NCBI GenBank assembly: GCA_030704615.1
Contig: CM060732.1
Span: 14,880,001 to 14,944,000, forward strand
Direction of reading: 5' to 3'
DNA: 64,000 bases
DNA from: Takakia lepidozioides
Lineage: Eukaryota; Plantae; Bryophyta
In this document: one piece after another, positions 1 through 12,590 of the stretch
Numbering within the stretch: position 1 is the stretch's first letter
Layout of the letters: each line of letters starts with the position of its first letter
Notes under the pieces: model-generated
The model's input: only the letters and a program-made list of their open reading frames with translations
Databases searched by the model: none
What the model was told of the DNA's origin: nothing
Position numbers and translations under genes: made by a program

Positions 1-300
1 TTGGTCAACTGAGCCTTTGCAATGCTGCTAAATCCCTTGACAAACCGTCGATAGTAGTTTGCCAACCCCATGAAAGCATGAACTCTGCTAACATCTATGG
101 GGCATGGAATGCATGCAATGGCCTCCACCTTTGTCTTTTGAACACTATACCGGTAGGGCCTTCGAAAAATTGGCGTGTCACTTGTCAAATCAATACGAAT
201 CTCCTGACCCTTCAAACTCCCCAAATCCTTCAAACCGAAGGCAAAGCAATTTCTATAAGCCCTTAGAAATCACTGGATCCTCTGTCTCTCTCCTCCGGTG
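1..300 (-). pseudogene. Pol fragment of copy A with the RT core deleted
   Basis: 1-143 aligns to 16708-16847 of copy B (AFMGLANYYRRFVKGF region). 143-300 aligns to 17463-17620. The ~615 bp between, including YIDD, is absent. Confidence 0.8.
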
Positions 301-744
301 ACTGTAGGTCCAACATCTGGTTCCCAATTGTCCTCAATGACTGCAACCTTGGGTACACCAGGCTTGGAGGTAGGAGACGAATCCTTTGGTTGCTAGATAG
401 CAACCTCTTGGGCCTTGTCCGCCCAATCTGACTATGGCATAGCCTCCACTTGCTCCGCCACAGCCACCTTGAGAACATCCTCTGAGCAAGAAACATTCTC
501 AACCTCTTCAAAAACATTGGCCACCTTTGCTTCTAACTGATCCTCAGTGTATGGCTCTCCCCACTCCTCATATTGCTGCTTGAGAGATCCAAGGACTCTC
601 TCTTTGCGCATCTCATCCCACATCTGCCATGGGTGTTTGCAACCCACGATCTTGTGCTCGCCTCCACTCACTGCCTCAACCGTCCCGGTTGGCAAGGAGG
701 ATGCACCATCCAATGGGAGTGTAGAAATAGCCATCAATGCTTGC

Positions 745-1640
745 AATCTCCGTTGCTCCGCCATGCACAAGCCAATTATCCATGTCAAGCAATTTAGAAC
801 CGTTGCCTAACCCAACACCTGGCGTCGTGATGCCTCTGACAGAGCTGGCACAGCTGTAGTGCCCGTGGCAAACCCCATTGCCCGCTCGCGCTCATCCGCA
901 TCGGGCTCCGCCAATTGCTGTAGCACACTGTCCCAAATCAACCCAAGACCATTGTCTCAAAAAGCATGAGACGAGGGAAAGCTCATGAGCGTAGGCAAGG
1001 TTGTACGTGGTTGCCCCACTCGATTGACCACTGCTAGAGGTGGACGGTCATCATGTCGCACCCTCTGTAGTTGCCTCCCTTGGTCCAAAATGCCCTCAAC
1101 CGTGAGATTGGGTGGCCGTTGAATGGAATCATATGCTCTCTTGAGCAGCTATGGTGGTGCAAGATTGGTCCACCACAATCGAGGTCGATGCGTGCGTGAT
1201 CCCACCGCTGTTGCATCCAATAGCACCGGTGATCCAGTCCAAGACCGCACCTGATGCACACTGGCCATAACCCTGGCCCGAGAGTCCCCCATAAGAGGAA
1301 CATTCTCCAAAGATATAGGCTAGAGGTTGCACTTGCCTCGTCTGCAAGTCACGCAACACTCTCAACATCTCCCAAAACAAATGTGATCGTGCATCATGCA
1401 AGCCATTCCCATGACCTGCGGGAGAGTGTCATTGGCAAGGCACCTATCATTGTTGAATTGCTGAGAGAGGCAACAACTTAGGATACCAGTGTGTGAGCAA
1501 GGCGATGTGGCGCATAGAAATACACCGAGCTATCTCATCCTTCTCCACATACAAGTACTTGCGTACTTTAATCCCTGCTTGCAATACTCCTGCAAGCCCA
1601 GTGCTCATGCCTCCAAACAAGTCTAGCAAACAAATCCCTG
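745..1640 (-). pseudogene. DNMT3-like C5 cytosine methyltransferase domain of copy A (frameshifted, motif IV deleted)
   Basis: Motif I ICLLDLFGGMSTG, GHGNGLHDARSHLFWEM, frameshifted AYI/LENVP, and ERERAMGFATGTTAVPALSEASRRQVLG C-terminal motifs. The GWPCQG segment is missing near 1430. Confidence 0.85.
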
Positions 1641-3312
1641 AGTCAGGTGGTTGCCAGGTAATGGGCACTGTGTCCAAAGGAGCTAACTCAGGAGGTCCAG
1701 GTGATGTCACCGAACTCCCCTCACTCACCAATGGAAAGGCCTTCTGCCATGCTTGGTGCACACACTCGCCTGCTACTTGATGCAAATTCCCAACCGTACC
1801 CCACAGTGGAATATGCACAGGCACATGAGGACGCAAATCAGCCTTGTATGCCAATTGTTTGTCCTCATCAGGTGATGGTCTATCATCTGCATGGCTATTG
1901 CCCTCCAAGAGCTCACCACCCCAAGCCACCACCCCTGAGAATGCAGCCAATGTGGGCATCATGTTCTTATGATCCACCGCTACATTCCCAATAAACCACA
2001 CTGGGAGCAGTGCATGTCGGCCATCTCCTGACTGCCATTCCGGCCTGTAGGATGTCGTTTTCTCCCAAAAGTCCAAAGTAAATCCCATGGGGTACAGCAC
2101 AACCCCACCAACAAGCACATCATAGGACATCACGTCCGCTTTAGCTCTCATGACTGAGCCGTCTGTAGGATGATCCGGCTGCAATCGAATGAAGAGCTCA
2201 TGGCGTGTAATCACTCGTGCCTTCTCTGAACCACCCAAAGATGTTTGAATTTGGAAAGGGCAAGGCTCCAAATCCGCCTCTGTAAGGCCCAAGCCTGCAA
2301 TTGCTGCTCTTCCCAACATCAATGGCTGTGCTCCTGAGTCTAACAAGACTCGCAGTGGCCTATACCTCCCCCCCGCTGGGCCACCCAACTGAAACACACC
2401 ATCCTGATTGTCCACCAGGACTACCCCAGGAGTCACCATACTGCGCTCAATGGCTGGTCTAGCTGGCAACTCCTGCAACCTTGCAGCTACCGCTTGCCAC
2501 GGCGTAGCTGTGGCTGTCTTCACCCTTGAATCCAGGGCATTCATGCATTGCATCTTATCTGCTATCCCCGCAGATAGTGCCGATGCATCACCACTCTCAC
2601 AGAGTGCAGCTGCCAGTCTAAACACTGTAGCTGGCCGCATCCCTGACATTGCAATTGTCGTGGCAGAAAACAATGAAGCTTGACAAATTGCCGTAGCCAC
2701 CCCCAACAATGTACTGGCTGCACCTTGCTTTGTAGTACCACCCACTGGCATTTCCCGAGCTATATCAACTCTCCCCAATGGCACTCGTGGCTCTACCTCT
2801 GACACACTTGGGCGAGCGGGTGCCATCGATGGCATAGTTGGCACTGTCTCAGCCAATGTGAAAGACTGTGGAAGCCTTGTCTGCCGACTTGTTTCCCCTC
2901 TTTGTGGATCAAAATCCACATCCGCTCCTCTTGGCTCAGGAGCACGCGTTGCTGCTCGAGTGACAACAGCTGTAGAGTCCACATGCAATGGTCCTGCAAG
3001 TGCGGCTCCACATATGAAGCCCATACCAATCTGGTCTTCCCTAGGCATAAGAGGTTGTGCAGGTGGGGCTTGAACCTCAGGCCTTGGAGTTGGCGTAACA
3101 TGAGTAGTGGCCATGGTAGCAAGACGTTGCTCTAGCTGGGCAAGCCTATCTACCATGCCTTGGTCATGACCTTGACCGTGACCCTGTGCTCCTTGGTTTT
3201 GGTTACAACCTCCACCACGACCTCTGCCTCCTCTACCTCTCTGGACTACATTGCCTCGTCCTCGGCCACCATTGTTCCCTTGGAACTGGCTTGGCCGTAG
3301 CTCAGGATGCAA
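1447..3312 (-). CDS. Gag C-terminus / aspartic protease / DNMT N-terminus of copy A polyprotein
   Basis: 621-aa ORF with an RG-rich gag tail, retropepsin motif LLDSGAQ and VLVG, running in frame into DNMT motif I. Confidence 0.85.
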   Translation of the reverse strand: MHPELRPSQFQGNNGGRGRGNVVQRGRGGRGRGGGCNQNQGAQGHGQGHDQGMVDRLAQLEQRLATMATTHVTPTPRPEVQAPPAQPLMPREDQIGMGFICGAALAGPLHVDSTAVVTRAATRAPEPRGADVDFDPQRGETSRQTRLPQSFTLAETVPTMPSMAPARPSVSEVEPRVPLGRVDIAREMPVGGTTKQGAASTLLGVATAICQASLFSATTIAMSGMRPATVFRLAAALCESGDASALSAGIADKMQCMNALDSRVKTATATPWQAVAARLQELPARPAIERSMVTPGVVLVDNQDGVFQLGGPAGGRYRPLRVLLDSGAQPLMLGRAAIAGLGLTEADLEPCPFQIQTSLGGSEKARVITRHELFIRLQPDHPTDGSVMRAKADVMSYDVLVGGVVLYPMGFTLDFWEKTTSYRPEWQSGDGRHALLPVWFIGNVAVDHKNMMPTLAAFSGVVAWGGELLEGNSHADDRPSPDEDKQLAYKADLRPHVPVHIPLWGTVGNLHQVAGECVHQAWQKAFPLVSEGSSVTSPGPPELAPLDTVPITWQPPDSGICLLDLFGGMSTGLAGVLQAGIKVRKYLYVEKDEIARCISMRHIALLTHWYPKLLPLSAIQQ

Positions 3313-4537
3313 GTCATAACAATGGGCCTCTTCATGCCCATACTTGCCACAATGCCTACATTGTAGTTGTGTAGGCTGTGCCTGTGCCAGCCCTTTGCCT
3401 CTCTCCGGTCAATCTCTCTTAACATGGGGTCCTCCACAATCCCAACATGTCACTCCTGACTATTGTTGGCCTGAGAATGAAGGAAATGACCTCTGCAATT
3501 GAGATCCTCTCTGTCCTTCCCTGGGCTTCGCCTCAGCCCCCTTGTTGCCTTGAGCACGTTGGGGTAGTGGTTGTTGTTGGCTAGGAGCCCCACTTCGTTG
3601 TGTCTCCTTACCAAAACCCACCATGACCACTCGCTCCTCCACCATATTGAGCTCTATCTGCTCTGCCAGCAAAAACACGTTTGCTAAGGTGGGTTGGGCC
3701 ACTTGTAGGAGAGTTGCATCCCGCACCCTTCTCCTCAGCTCCTTGTCCAATATCCCATACCAGAATTGGACTGCTTGAGCTTCCGTAACCCTTGGGTTAC
3801 ATTTATCAATCGCCTCATGCACGTGTAAGCCTCCCTTAAACTCTCGGCAGGCTTTCGTTGGAACTCTTGCAAGCTCCGCAATTTCTCCGTCGTTATCCCC
3901 TGGTAGTTTCTCCTTAACTCCTCGGAAAACTCCACAACTGGGTTAAAGGCAGGCACGGGTGTTGGTGCTACAGCAGGAGCTTGGGTGGACTTCCCAGCTC
4001 CTGTTCCACTTGACGTCCCACTGCTGCTTGCAGAAGCTGCCGGTGTAGCTGCCGGTGTCACCACTGCCCTTGTGCCTCTAGTGATGGAGACATAGTCAGG
4101 TGACCAATACACCCGCCATTCCTCAATCTCCACCTCATGTCCCCGCCTAAACTCATGGTAGTCATCCATGGGCGGCCCCTCAAGGTGCTGAAACAGCCCC
4201 TTCCACACCATAAAAGGCGTAAACAGTTGTGGATTGCGCATCTGCTGCAAATCACACCACTATCAAACTCCTGTATGAAATCATCAAGCTCGATGGTGCC
4301 CACAGCTCCAGAGTACCAACGTGGCCCCTTGGTAGCTCCATACGTTTCCTCCATCGTATCCCACAACAATGGCACGGAAATGGCTTGCACCCTCGGCGAG
4401 AATCCTCCTAACTCTGAGTCTGAACCTTCCTCAGAAGACACTGAAGGTGAAGGTGGCCTAAACCGCACACCTCGTCTTATATACCCACTAGTATCGCTGG
4501 TGCTCGTACCGGCACTCTCCTCAGCAACTGGTGGCAC
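3246..4537 (-). pseudogene. Gag of copy A (frameshifted)
   Basis: Overlapping ORFs 4058-4537, 3735-4250 and 3460-3822 are homologous to the gag region of copy C; zinc-knuckle remnants near 3310-3450. Confidence 0.8.
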
Positions 4538-5329
4538 CTCCGTGGTGAAAACTCACAACCACACCTGTTGTAAACCTGTCTCTAATCCCTCTTTCCACAA
4601 GGTAACCGGGTAGAGAACCTGTTGCGGCTTATGGCTTAGACTACTAGGTTTGTAACATAAACTTGCACCTGCATCCACCGCAAGCACTCCTATGGTCTGC
4701 TGGTCATCAACCCAGTCTTACCATAAGAGAAACAATGATGGTATGACTGGTCATCACCCCAGCCTCACCACCGACAGCACGCTCTAGGATTGACCGGTGA
4801 TCAAATCCGGACCAACCTCCTGTGAAAACAAGCGCCCACACAAAGCTAACATGGCGCACAGTCAAGCATGCAGGTGTGGAGAGGATCCAAACACAAGAAA
4901 TCAAGACAACAACTCCCCCACACCAAGAACACTCCATAGTGTCGCTCCTGCAATGACACCCCAGCCCAAACCCGGACTGACTCTTGCCTCCACCTACAGA
5001 AAGGTTTTGGCCTACAGAGAGGGTGGAAGACTACAAGGAAGAGAGACTAAAGCAATTCCTATCATAGAATGCTCTCATCCCACTACCCTATCTCCACACT
5101 CTCTTGCTTGAACAATATACAAGACTACCTTTCAAGGGTCTCTCAAATAACTCTCCAGGAGCCCTCAAGAATATGTCTCTCAAACAATCTCACTAAGGCT
5201 CCTAATCCTTGCACGATGAGACTCCAAAACAGTACACCAAGGCCCCAAGCTTGCCAAAACTTAGCCCTCGAGGACCCCAATAGTCCCTCACACAAGTCGC
5301 CAAAGACTCCTCAAGCTCGCCAAATATTG

Positions 5330-5700
5330 GCCTCCAAGGACCCCAAATAGTCCTCCAAAGAACTCCAAATGGTTCTCCAAGGACCCCAAACAGTCCTCCA
5401 AAGACGCCCAATGGTCCTCCAAACAGTCCTCCAAGGACTCCCAATGGTCCTCCAAATAGTCATCCAAGGACTCCCTATGGTCCTCCAAGGACCCCAAACA
5501 GTCATCCAAGGACTCTTCCTATATCACCATGTTCCCAATGCGTTCCCAATAAGTTCCCAACAGGTTCCCAAAGTTCCCTAGGAATATTCCCAAGAATATG
5601 CCATAGTATTCCCCTAGTATTCCCCTTGTATTCCCCTTGTATTCCCCTTAGGAATAGCCATTTCCCCCTTGGAATAGCCATTTCCCCCTCATAGAGTAGT
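5330..5700. repeat. Degenerate short tandem repeats (gtcctccaagga / gttccc / attcccct units)
   Basis: Visible 11-12 bp reiterations. The minus frame gives a repeating LEDHWESLEDC-like peptide. Confidence 0.8.
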
Positions 5701-7452
5701 TCATTTCCCCCCAAGGTTTAGCCCTTCCCCCCTAGGCTTTAGCCACTTCCCCCTCTATTTCCTTGAGGTTTAGCCTTACCAAGCTAGGGTTTGTGCTCTT
5801 GGGGCTCTATGCTTAATCCCCTCAAGCATCCATGAATTCTATGGGGTACCAAGGCAAATTCCCTTGATCTTCTTCACCTTAAGCTACTCAAGTTTGTCTC
5901 CAACTCAACTAGCAATGCATTGGCCACACAACAAGCTCAATTTCTCATTGGAACTCCAAATCAAGCTTGTACCTCCTTTGGCAAGCCACCAAGCTTTGTC
6001 TCCTCTCAAGCCTTGGTCATTCAAGCTCCCTTCACTTGCTAGCTCAAGAGCCACTCCTCTCAAGCTTGCTCAAGCCAAAAGCTCAAGCCAAAAACATGCT
6101 CCACACATGCATCACCTCATACACAAGAGAATCAACTTGCTCCCTTTATCTTCTAGCTCTCCTCAAGCTTGAAATTGGAAGCCACACTTGGGAAGCATGC
6201 TCCACATAAGCATCACTTGCTTGATCAACCATCCACCACAAAACTTAAGCCAAAAGGAAATGAATACATAAGTTTCACCTTCTCCTTCCTTGTCTTGTCA
6301 CATGCTAATGTATGGTTGAAGTTGCTATGCATGCCTTGAGCCACAATCTCTTTTCTTCATAAAGACCACTGTAGTGTGAAAAGAAGGGGCGTGAATCCCC
6401 TTCTGTATAATTCTAATTGTGCTCCCCTCCATTGGTTGCGGAGCAAAAGGAAAGAAGCGTTCTTTCTAATCTGTCCAACTGTCGTCACTTGGCTGTGGGT
6501 TTCCCTCAGCTCCTTTGTGATCAGAGTTCAAGCAATCCTCATCCACGCCGCAGCGGAAGGGAAGACATGGATGGGGAGTCAATTTGTTGTTCACTCTTGG
6601 TTCTACCTTTTACACAACATCCCCTATCAGCAGGTACAACACCAGCTATGCTGGTGCGATGTATTCAGTGATGCAAATCAGCCCAATGGCAGCGGTAAAC
6701 ACGATCCTTTATGTGAAGCCCACTTGAGCAGTGACAGGTCGGAAATCCCCTTTTTGTAGTGGTGACACAGATTTAGGAGGAGGCAGCTCAGATCTTCACG
6801 GTCTGCAGGGGCACTGGTTTCTTTCAGGTTTCAGGTTTTCTTCATCTCATCTCCCCAAATTGGCCAACCCCCCAACAGCCCTTTTGAATTGCAGCTCTCT
6901 CCTTACCCAAATCCCATTTTTCACTCTCTCTCTTTCTTTTCCCTTTTTGTCTGTTTCACTATCTCTGTCTATGTCCCCAGGTTCCCCACTATTTCACAGC
7001 AGCAGATCTGTCATGTAATGTGAATGCACACTCTGCTAGGCATCCAGTGCGGCCAGCCTTGAAGTCATCCTCGGTCTCTCAAGACACAACCATCCCATCC
7101 ATCAGTCTCTCTCTCTTTCTCTCTCTCTTGTCCCTTTTTCCAATGACCCATCGCTCAAACAGCTCTCATCTCTTTTGTCAGACTTCAACCCAAATACCCC
7201 AACATCCCTCTTTTCCCTTCAACTGTGGAACGCAGTTGTTCAGATCCTGATCCCATACTGAAATCACCTTATCCTTTCCATGTTTTTTTGCAGCTCCAGC
7301 TAACCATCATTGATCTCTCCAAACAAACAAGCCAGATCTACATTGGTTCCAGGTTCTCACTACACACGGCAGCATGGTGTCCAGGTTTATGACACTGAAT
7401 CAGAATGCAAGAATGAAGACAACAGTGACCATTCTGAATTCAGTGACGAACA

Positions 7453-7454
<2 letters not shown>

Positions 7455-7492
<38 letters not shown>
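7455..7492. repeat. (CT)n microsatellite
   Basis: Uninterrupted CT run. Confidence 0.95.
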
Positions 7493-7494
<2 letters not shown>

Positions 7495-9959
7495 ACTTAT
7501 TTCTCTCACTGTCATCACAACATCAGGTGCATCCATCCTTTCCACGTTCTGGTCTGAAGTCCAGAGTCTCCATTCCCATTTCAAAAACTTTTTCTTGTCA
7601 CATGTCTCCACCTTTTCTCTTCTGCCAAGATGGCAGTCCTAAATCTACCAAAGCAATTTCTAAGTTCACCAAAAAGAAGCCTCTGTTCATAGACTTATCT
7701 GTTTTTATCCACTAGTGAAGCGGCGGGTCTGCCTGTCAAGGTGGCACCTTGCCATCGCCCGTCAGCAGCCACTTCAACCCTTTCTCTTTGTCTTGATTCC
7801 AGACCTTATGACGCCATGATGGCTCCCCTTCTTCACTTGGACCATCATGTGGCCTGACAACCAGATTACGCTATGCAATTCTTCCTCACGAATTGGCCTG
7901 GTCCTATAACAAGGAGACACAAAGCAGCTAGAAGCTTAATGACAGAGAACCTGAGATACCATACAGCCAGCACTCCACATGCTTTACCTCCCCCCCATTG
8001 ATTGTGCCCAGACTCTCTTCCCTGTGCTTTCAGCAGCTGGCCTTTTCCTTGCTTGCTCATCTGCCCATAACTATCATCTTCAAGGCACTGGCGGCAGTGG
8101 TGGTGCGCCGCTTTCCTGACATGCTTCTATCTCTTGGAATTGATCATCACTACGAGAGAGGCGGCACCGCTTCTTTCTACACAGAATACCAAGCAGAGGC
8201 GTCTTAATGCCGCTTCCTAAGCCAAGCAAGATCCCACCGCGCAGGTACAACCTCCTAACGCAGGCTGCCCTGCCGACACCACTGCTTGCAACAGCCGCTA
8301 CGAGCCATCCGTCATCTTCATCTTCGTTTTTCTCAACCCGCGATCTTTTAGATCAAGAACCAGTGATGAAAACGTTCATCGCATGGATGAAAATGTGTAC
8401 CGTCATGACTTAGCCATTTTCTCCTGGCAAAGCATAAGCTCAGTGCGCTCATGAAATTACCTACATGAAGGGATACATCCTTTCTACAGTTGGGATGACG
8501 GGCACTCCCGTCATAGTGATGTAGGCCGTAATGGTAAACATATGTAATGTTCACTCCCCTGCATTCACACTACACCACCTCCAATGATCTCCCACATGTG
8601 CTCCAAGCTCTTCAATGCTCTAGGCTTGGTTTCACATCATCATGGATAGAATTTTCACCCATATGCTTCCCTTCAAACCTCTTGAGCTTCCTAATGCTCT
8701 CGAAGTGTTTGCCCTTGTTGTCTTCAAGCCCAAGCCTATGTAGCTCCTTGGCTTCTCTTCCACAACATCCACAATTGAGCTTGCTTAACCCTAGATTGAT
8801 AGTGATATGAGTACTAACAATCATTTAGTTGTTCTCCACAAGCCATGGCACACACCATTGACTCCATAATGCATTGAAAAGATTCTCAAACCCTAGAATC
8901 CATGCTTCCACACACACAAGACTTCCTTCTTGCAATCCTTGCAAATCTTGTGGCAACAAGCTCCTTTTTGAGCTCTCCAACACCTTGGTGTAACACCACA
9001 AGTACCTTTCTTTGCAAAGGCTTGTGATCTACAAGAGCTCCATCTTTGAGCTCTCCACCTCCTTAGGGCAAAGCAATATCTCTCAAAGCCCTAACACCAC
9101 AAGGATTTTCCTTTGCAATATATGCAACACCTTGCAACACAAGAGCTATCTTCCCAAACTCTTCAACACACAAGTGCTAAACTAACCCTTACACTCCGCA
9201 CTCACAAGCATAAGGTCATCTTCTTGTAGTGATAATGAAAATGAACACAAGGGAAACACTCCACTCATGAATCCACTCAATCACATAAATTAAGTCAAGC
9301 CAAGGGCACCTTTGCTAAAGGAATCCACCCTACAAAGCCCTTACCACACTCCTTCTCAATACCTAGAGCTATGGAGGTGGGAGAGGCTCATGGAGGCTCA
9401 ACTACAAGAAGATGAGCCCTCCTCAACACTCACAAGGGGAAAACCCATCCCCATGTCCCAAGTGAGGTTTGACACCTCACTTGGCATGTGAGACCAAATG
9501 AAGTCCCAACACACAAAATACAAATATAAATATCCAAAATGTCCTAGTTAACTAGAAGTAGGTAATTCTAGTTAATCATGACTAAAACCATGACACTAAC
9601 CTCCACCGCCGACGCACTGTCCTACATATTCTATATTTATAGATCTATGCAGGTGGCTTTGCTAACTTACGAAGATAAGCACTATCTAGATAAGGTACAA
9701 ATAACGATTGACGTCGAGCAAGAATGAGCTGTACAAATGCTGCGATCTAGCTATTTTTAACAACTGTCAATCGCAGAGCTTGAGGTGAGCAAAGGACCTG
9801 AGCTCCAAACATCTCATGGCCATGTTCATTTGAGGATCTTCAAGCGAGTTGGAGAATGGACAGATTTCAAAGACAGCAGGGGGGTGGTGTGGACATGGAC
9901 GAGGTGGTGGAGAGGACACGGATAGCGAGCCAGTCCTTTTCCGCTTAACAGCCCGTCCA

Positions 9960-10991
9960 TCAAAGAGCGTGGGAATTGTGGGGATCCAGCGAGGCAGCAG
10001 CTGCGGTGCTGACATCCAAGGATCGTGAGGGAGACCCCGGGTGGTGTCTGGGGGCACATATAGGGATTATTGGGGGAGCAGCTGATACGGGGGCCACCGC
10101 ATTGGCCTTCGCCTCTCCTTTTTCCTTGTGAGGACAGTCTACCTTGACATGCCCCTCCCCATTGCACCCAAAACAAATAATGCATAGGACTTCATCTTTG
10201 ATTTGTACTAAAATGAAGGATCCGTCCAGTGTTGGTAGTTTGATCGCAGATCCAATTTTGGCAGCATCTGGCATCATCACCACAATTTTGGGCACCCCAC
10301 TGTCCTTGTTAGATTCAAATAGGGAGGGGTCTTGCTCAACACTGAGCACAACATCATCTATGGGGTCAAAAACATTGAGACTACCTATGTAGGAGCCAAA
10401 GTGGGCTCCGATTTCCAGGAGCGACGCCAAATAGTTGTCTGGCAGGAATGGCAGGGCGATTATTCTGGGCTTGCAAGTTGCCCCATCCTTATGGCCCCAA
10501 GCCGGTGACCACGAAAAGATGTGCACCCAAAATTTGGATTTGCGCGTGTTGAATTGCAGGGCCCTGTCCGCATCCTCCTTTGATCCAAACTTAACCGTGT
10601 AAAAGCCTCGTCTCATTGAGTGGCAGAAGTGATGTGTGAGACCCCCTGTTGCTCCTAGATGCTCTATGACCCACTTACGAGCCCAATCTTTGTCTCTCGG
10701 GCGGCCTGGGAAGTGAACTAAGATGCCATGCTGCATCATCTTCGTGGAGTGCACCCTGAGACACTCCAAATCCAGCGGGATAATGTCCTGCGAGTCCGCT
10801 TTAGGGGCCATGGATTCCGCCCACAGAACCATGTCAGCAACCGCCGAAGGAGCATTAGTCTCCGGACCCTTATCCAAGATAGAGGCCGGGGCGGGGGTGG
10901 AGGCTGAGGCACGGGGAACCCAATTGCCCCTGCCGCGAGCACTAGAGTCGGATCTCGAACGTTTCTTACGAGGAGCACCCCTTGAAACCAT
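9960..10991 (-). CDS. LINE ORF1-like protein (DUF4283-type RRM region plus CCHC zinc knuckle)
   Basis: RGFYTVKFGSKEDADRALQ...HIFSWSP, IGAHFG and CFGCNGEGHVKVDC (CX2CX4HX4C). No ORF2 follows. Confidence 0.75.
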   Translation of the reverse strand: MVSRGAPRKKRSRSDSSARGRGNWVPRASASTPAPASILDKGPETNAPSAVADMVLWAESMAPKADSQDIIPLDLECLRVHSTKMMQHGILVHFPGRPRDKDWARKWVIEHLGATGGLTHHFCHSMRRGFYTVKFGSKEDADRALQFNTRKSKFWVHIFSWSPAWGHKDGATCKPRIIALPFLPDNYLASLLEIGAHFGSYIGSLNVFDPIDDVVLSVEQDPSLFESNKDSGVPKIVVMMPDAAKIGSAIKLPTLDGSFILVQIKDEVLCIICFGCNGEGHVKVDCPHKEKGEAKANAVAPVSAAPPIIPICAPRHHPGSPSRSLDVSTAAAASLDPHNSHAL

Positions 10992-11764
10992 GGAGGGGAG
11001 AAGAAAAGGACAAGGAGGGGGGGGGGGGGGGGGTGGGGGGTAAACGACTACTCACCGAAGCAGTCTAGAGAACGAGCGGAGGACTAGGAGCAGAGTGGGA
11101 GAGTAGGGGAACGAGGTCACCTTAAAGGATTTCGCAAGAGCAGGTAGCAGCTGGGCGGGCCTTGGAGGTAACAGATCCTTGATGAGAGCTGGAGGGGAGC
11201 CTGACAGATCAATAATGTCCAACAGCTCTTAAACTTGATGGCGGGGCAAGAGGAGCCGGCAGAATCACAAGAGGTACAGTGGCGGTCCGCCGGTTGATGA
11301 AGAGGAGATTAACACAATGGCAAGCTCTGACAGAGCTATCAAGAGGGGAGGGGCAGGAGGGGGACTAACGAGGAAGAGGCACTGCCAGTAAGAACTGACG
11401 AGGAGATCAGCAGCAAAAGGGCGGCGAGAGACTGGAGCAGGAGGGAGTAACTGTCGCGGCCCTTTACCTTGAGGGCAGGGGGTCGAGATGCAGAGGGGCT
11501 GCCCCTGTGGTGGGGGTGGTGGCAGCAATAGGTACGGGGGGCTGAAGCACCCTTGAGTCCCCAAGGCACTCAAGGAGGCGGAGGCGCTCACTAGGTGGAG
11601 CCCCGCACACCGGGTTGCGGTGGGGGTGGCTCCACAAGGGGTGGAGTTCCTGCTTTTGGTGTTCCATGCCAACTCTTATCAAAGATTTCTGTCAAATCTT
11701 TTATCCAGGGATGTACCTCAGATCTTTTACCTCGTGGTTGATCTTCTTCCTGTACCAATTCCCT

Positions 11765-12590
11765 TAATCTTTCTTACAAAGATTGTGGATGTTCGATGTT
11801 TTTGTCCTGCACCAAGGATGTCCGTCATGTTTCTTGTCCATGCCCTGCAGAAGCCTAGCAAGTCCACTTGAAGACGTGGGAGGGTTGAGCTCAAACAAAA
11901 TGTCCCCGTCAAACTCTGCTGGCACATATTGAACTCACTGCATCCGAAGGGACTCCCAGTCAACAAACCGGAGCTCGCTCTTGCACCCAGGCACCCCTGC
12001 GAGGGCTTTCAATTTCGGAATGACACTCGTTATCTCCTGCAATTTGTCATCATCTAAGAATGGAGTCTGGACTGGCGGAGGAATCTCAGAAACATCCTCC
12101 GAGGAGGAGTCTGATAGAGTAACGAATATAGTGGATGTGCTCACCTCTTGTTTCACATGAACTGTGCCCTTCTGCTGCACGACCGATGCTGCAGTGCCAG
12201 GGGTAACTACTGATCATGCTGATTGTCTTCTCTCTTTTCCCAGGACCCGGTAAGTGCCTGGAAGGACTCTACTTCCTCCCACACTCCATGCAATGGTTTC
12301 TGCAAGTGCCCAGAATCCAAATTCCCATCCTCGTCATACACTTCTTTTTGAACAAGCAGAAAACCCATATCCAGAGGGAATACTGTAACTAGCTCATCTT
12401 CATGAACAACTGCAAACCCATCGTCATCTGCAGTGGCAGTTAGTGGAAGACTACCTGCATTGGAATGAAATCTAGCGAGTCTGTCTCCCTCCCTGGACAT
12501 GTTTTCATACTCTGAGCCAAAGTTGCGATCCACAAAGGGTCCCCCAAACTGATAGCCCGTAATTCTTGAGAGGGGATCCACCACCAACAA
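11765..12590 (-). pseudogene. Decayed transposon-type gene of unknown family (truncated next to the LINE)
   Basis: Reading through one TGA gives RFVDWESLRMQ*VQYVPAEFDGDILFELNPP...GMDKKHDGHPWCRTKTSNIHNL, a protein-like block. Family assignment is uncertain. Confidence 0.4.

Larger units (their letters stand above)
1..5100 (-). mobile_element. Ty3/Gypsy retrotransposon with DNMT domain, copy A (divergent subfamily, decayed; runs off the window; 5' boundary unresolved, possibly to ~9.6 kb)
   Basis: Collinear with copy C: gag (GTIELDDFIQEFD, QMRNPQLFTPF, LAEQIELNMVEERVV), protease (RVLLDSGAQ), DNMT motifs and RT-linker/RNase H-proximal sequence at 1-300. Confidence 0.9.

Noticed and set aside
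5202-5581. Repeat-protein ORFs (LEDHWESLED..., MVLQG...)
   Set aside because: Open in several frames on both strands as a by-product of tandem DNA repeats.
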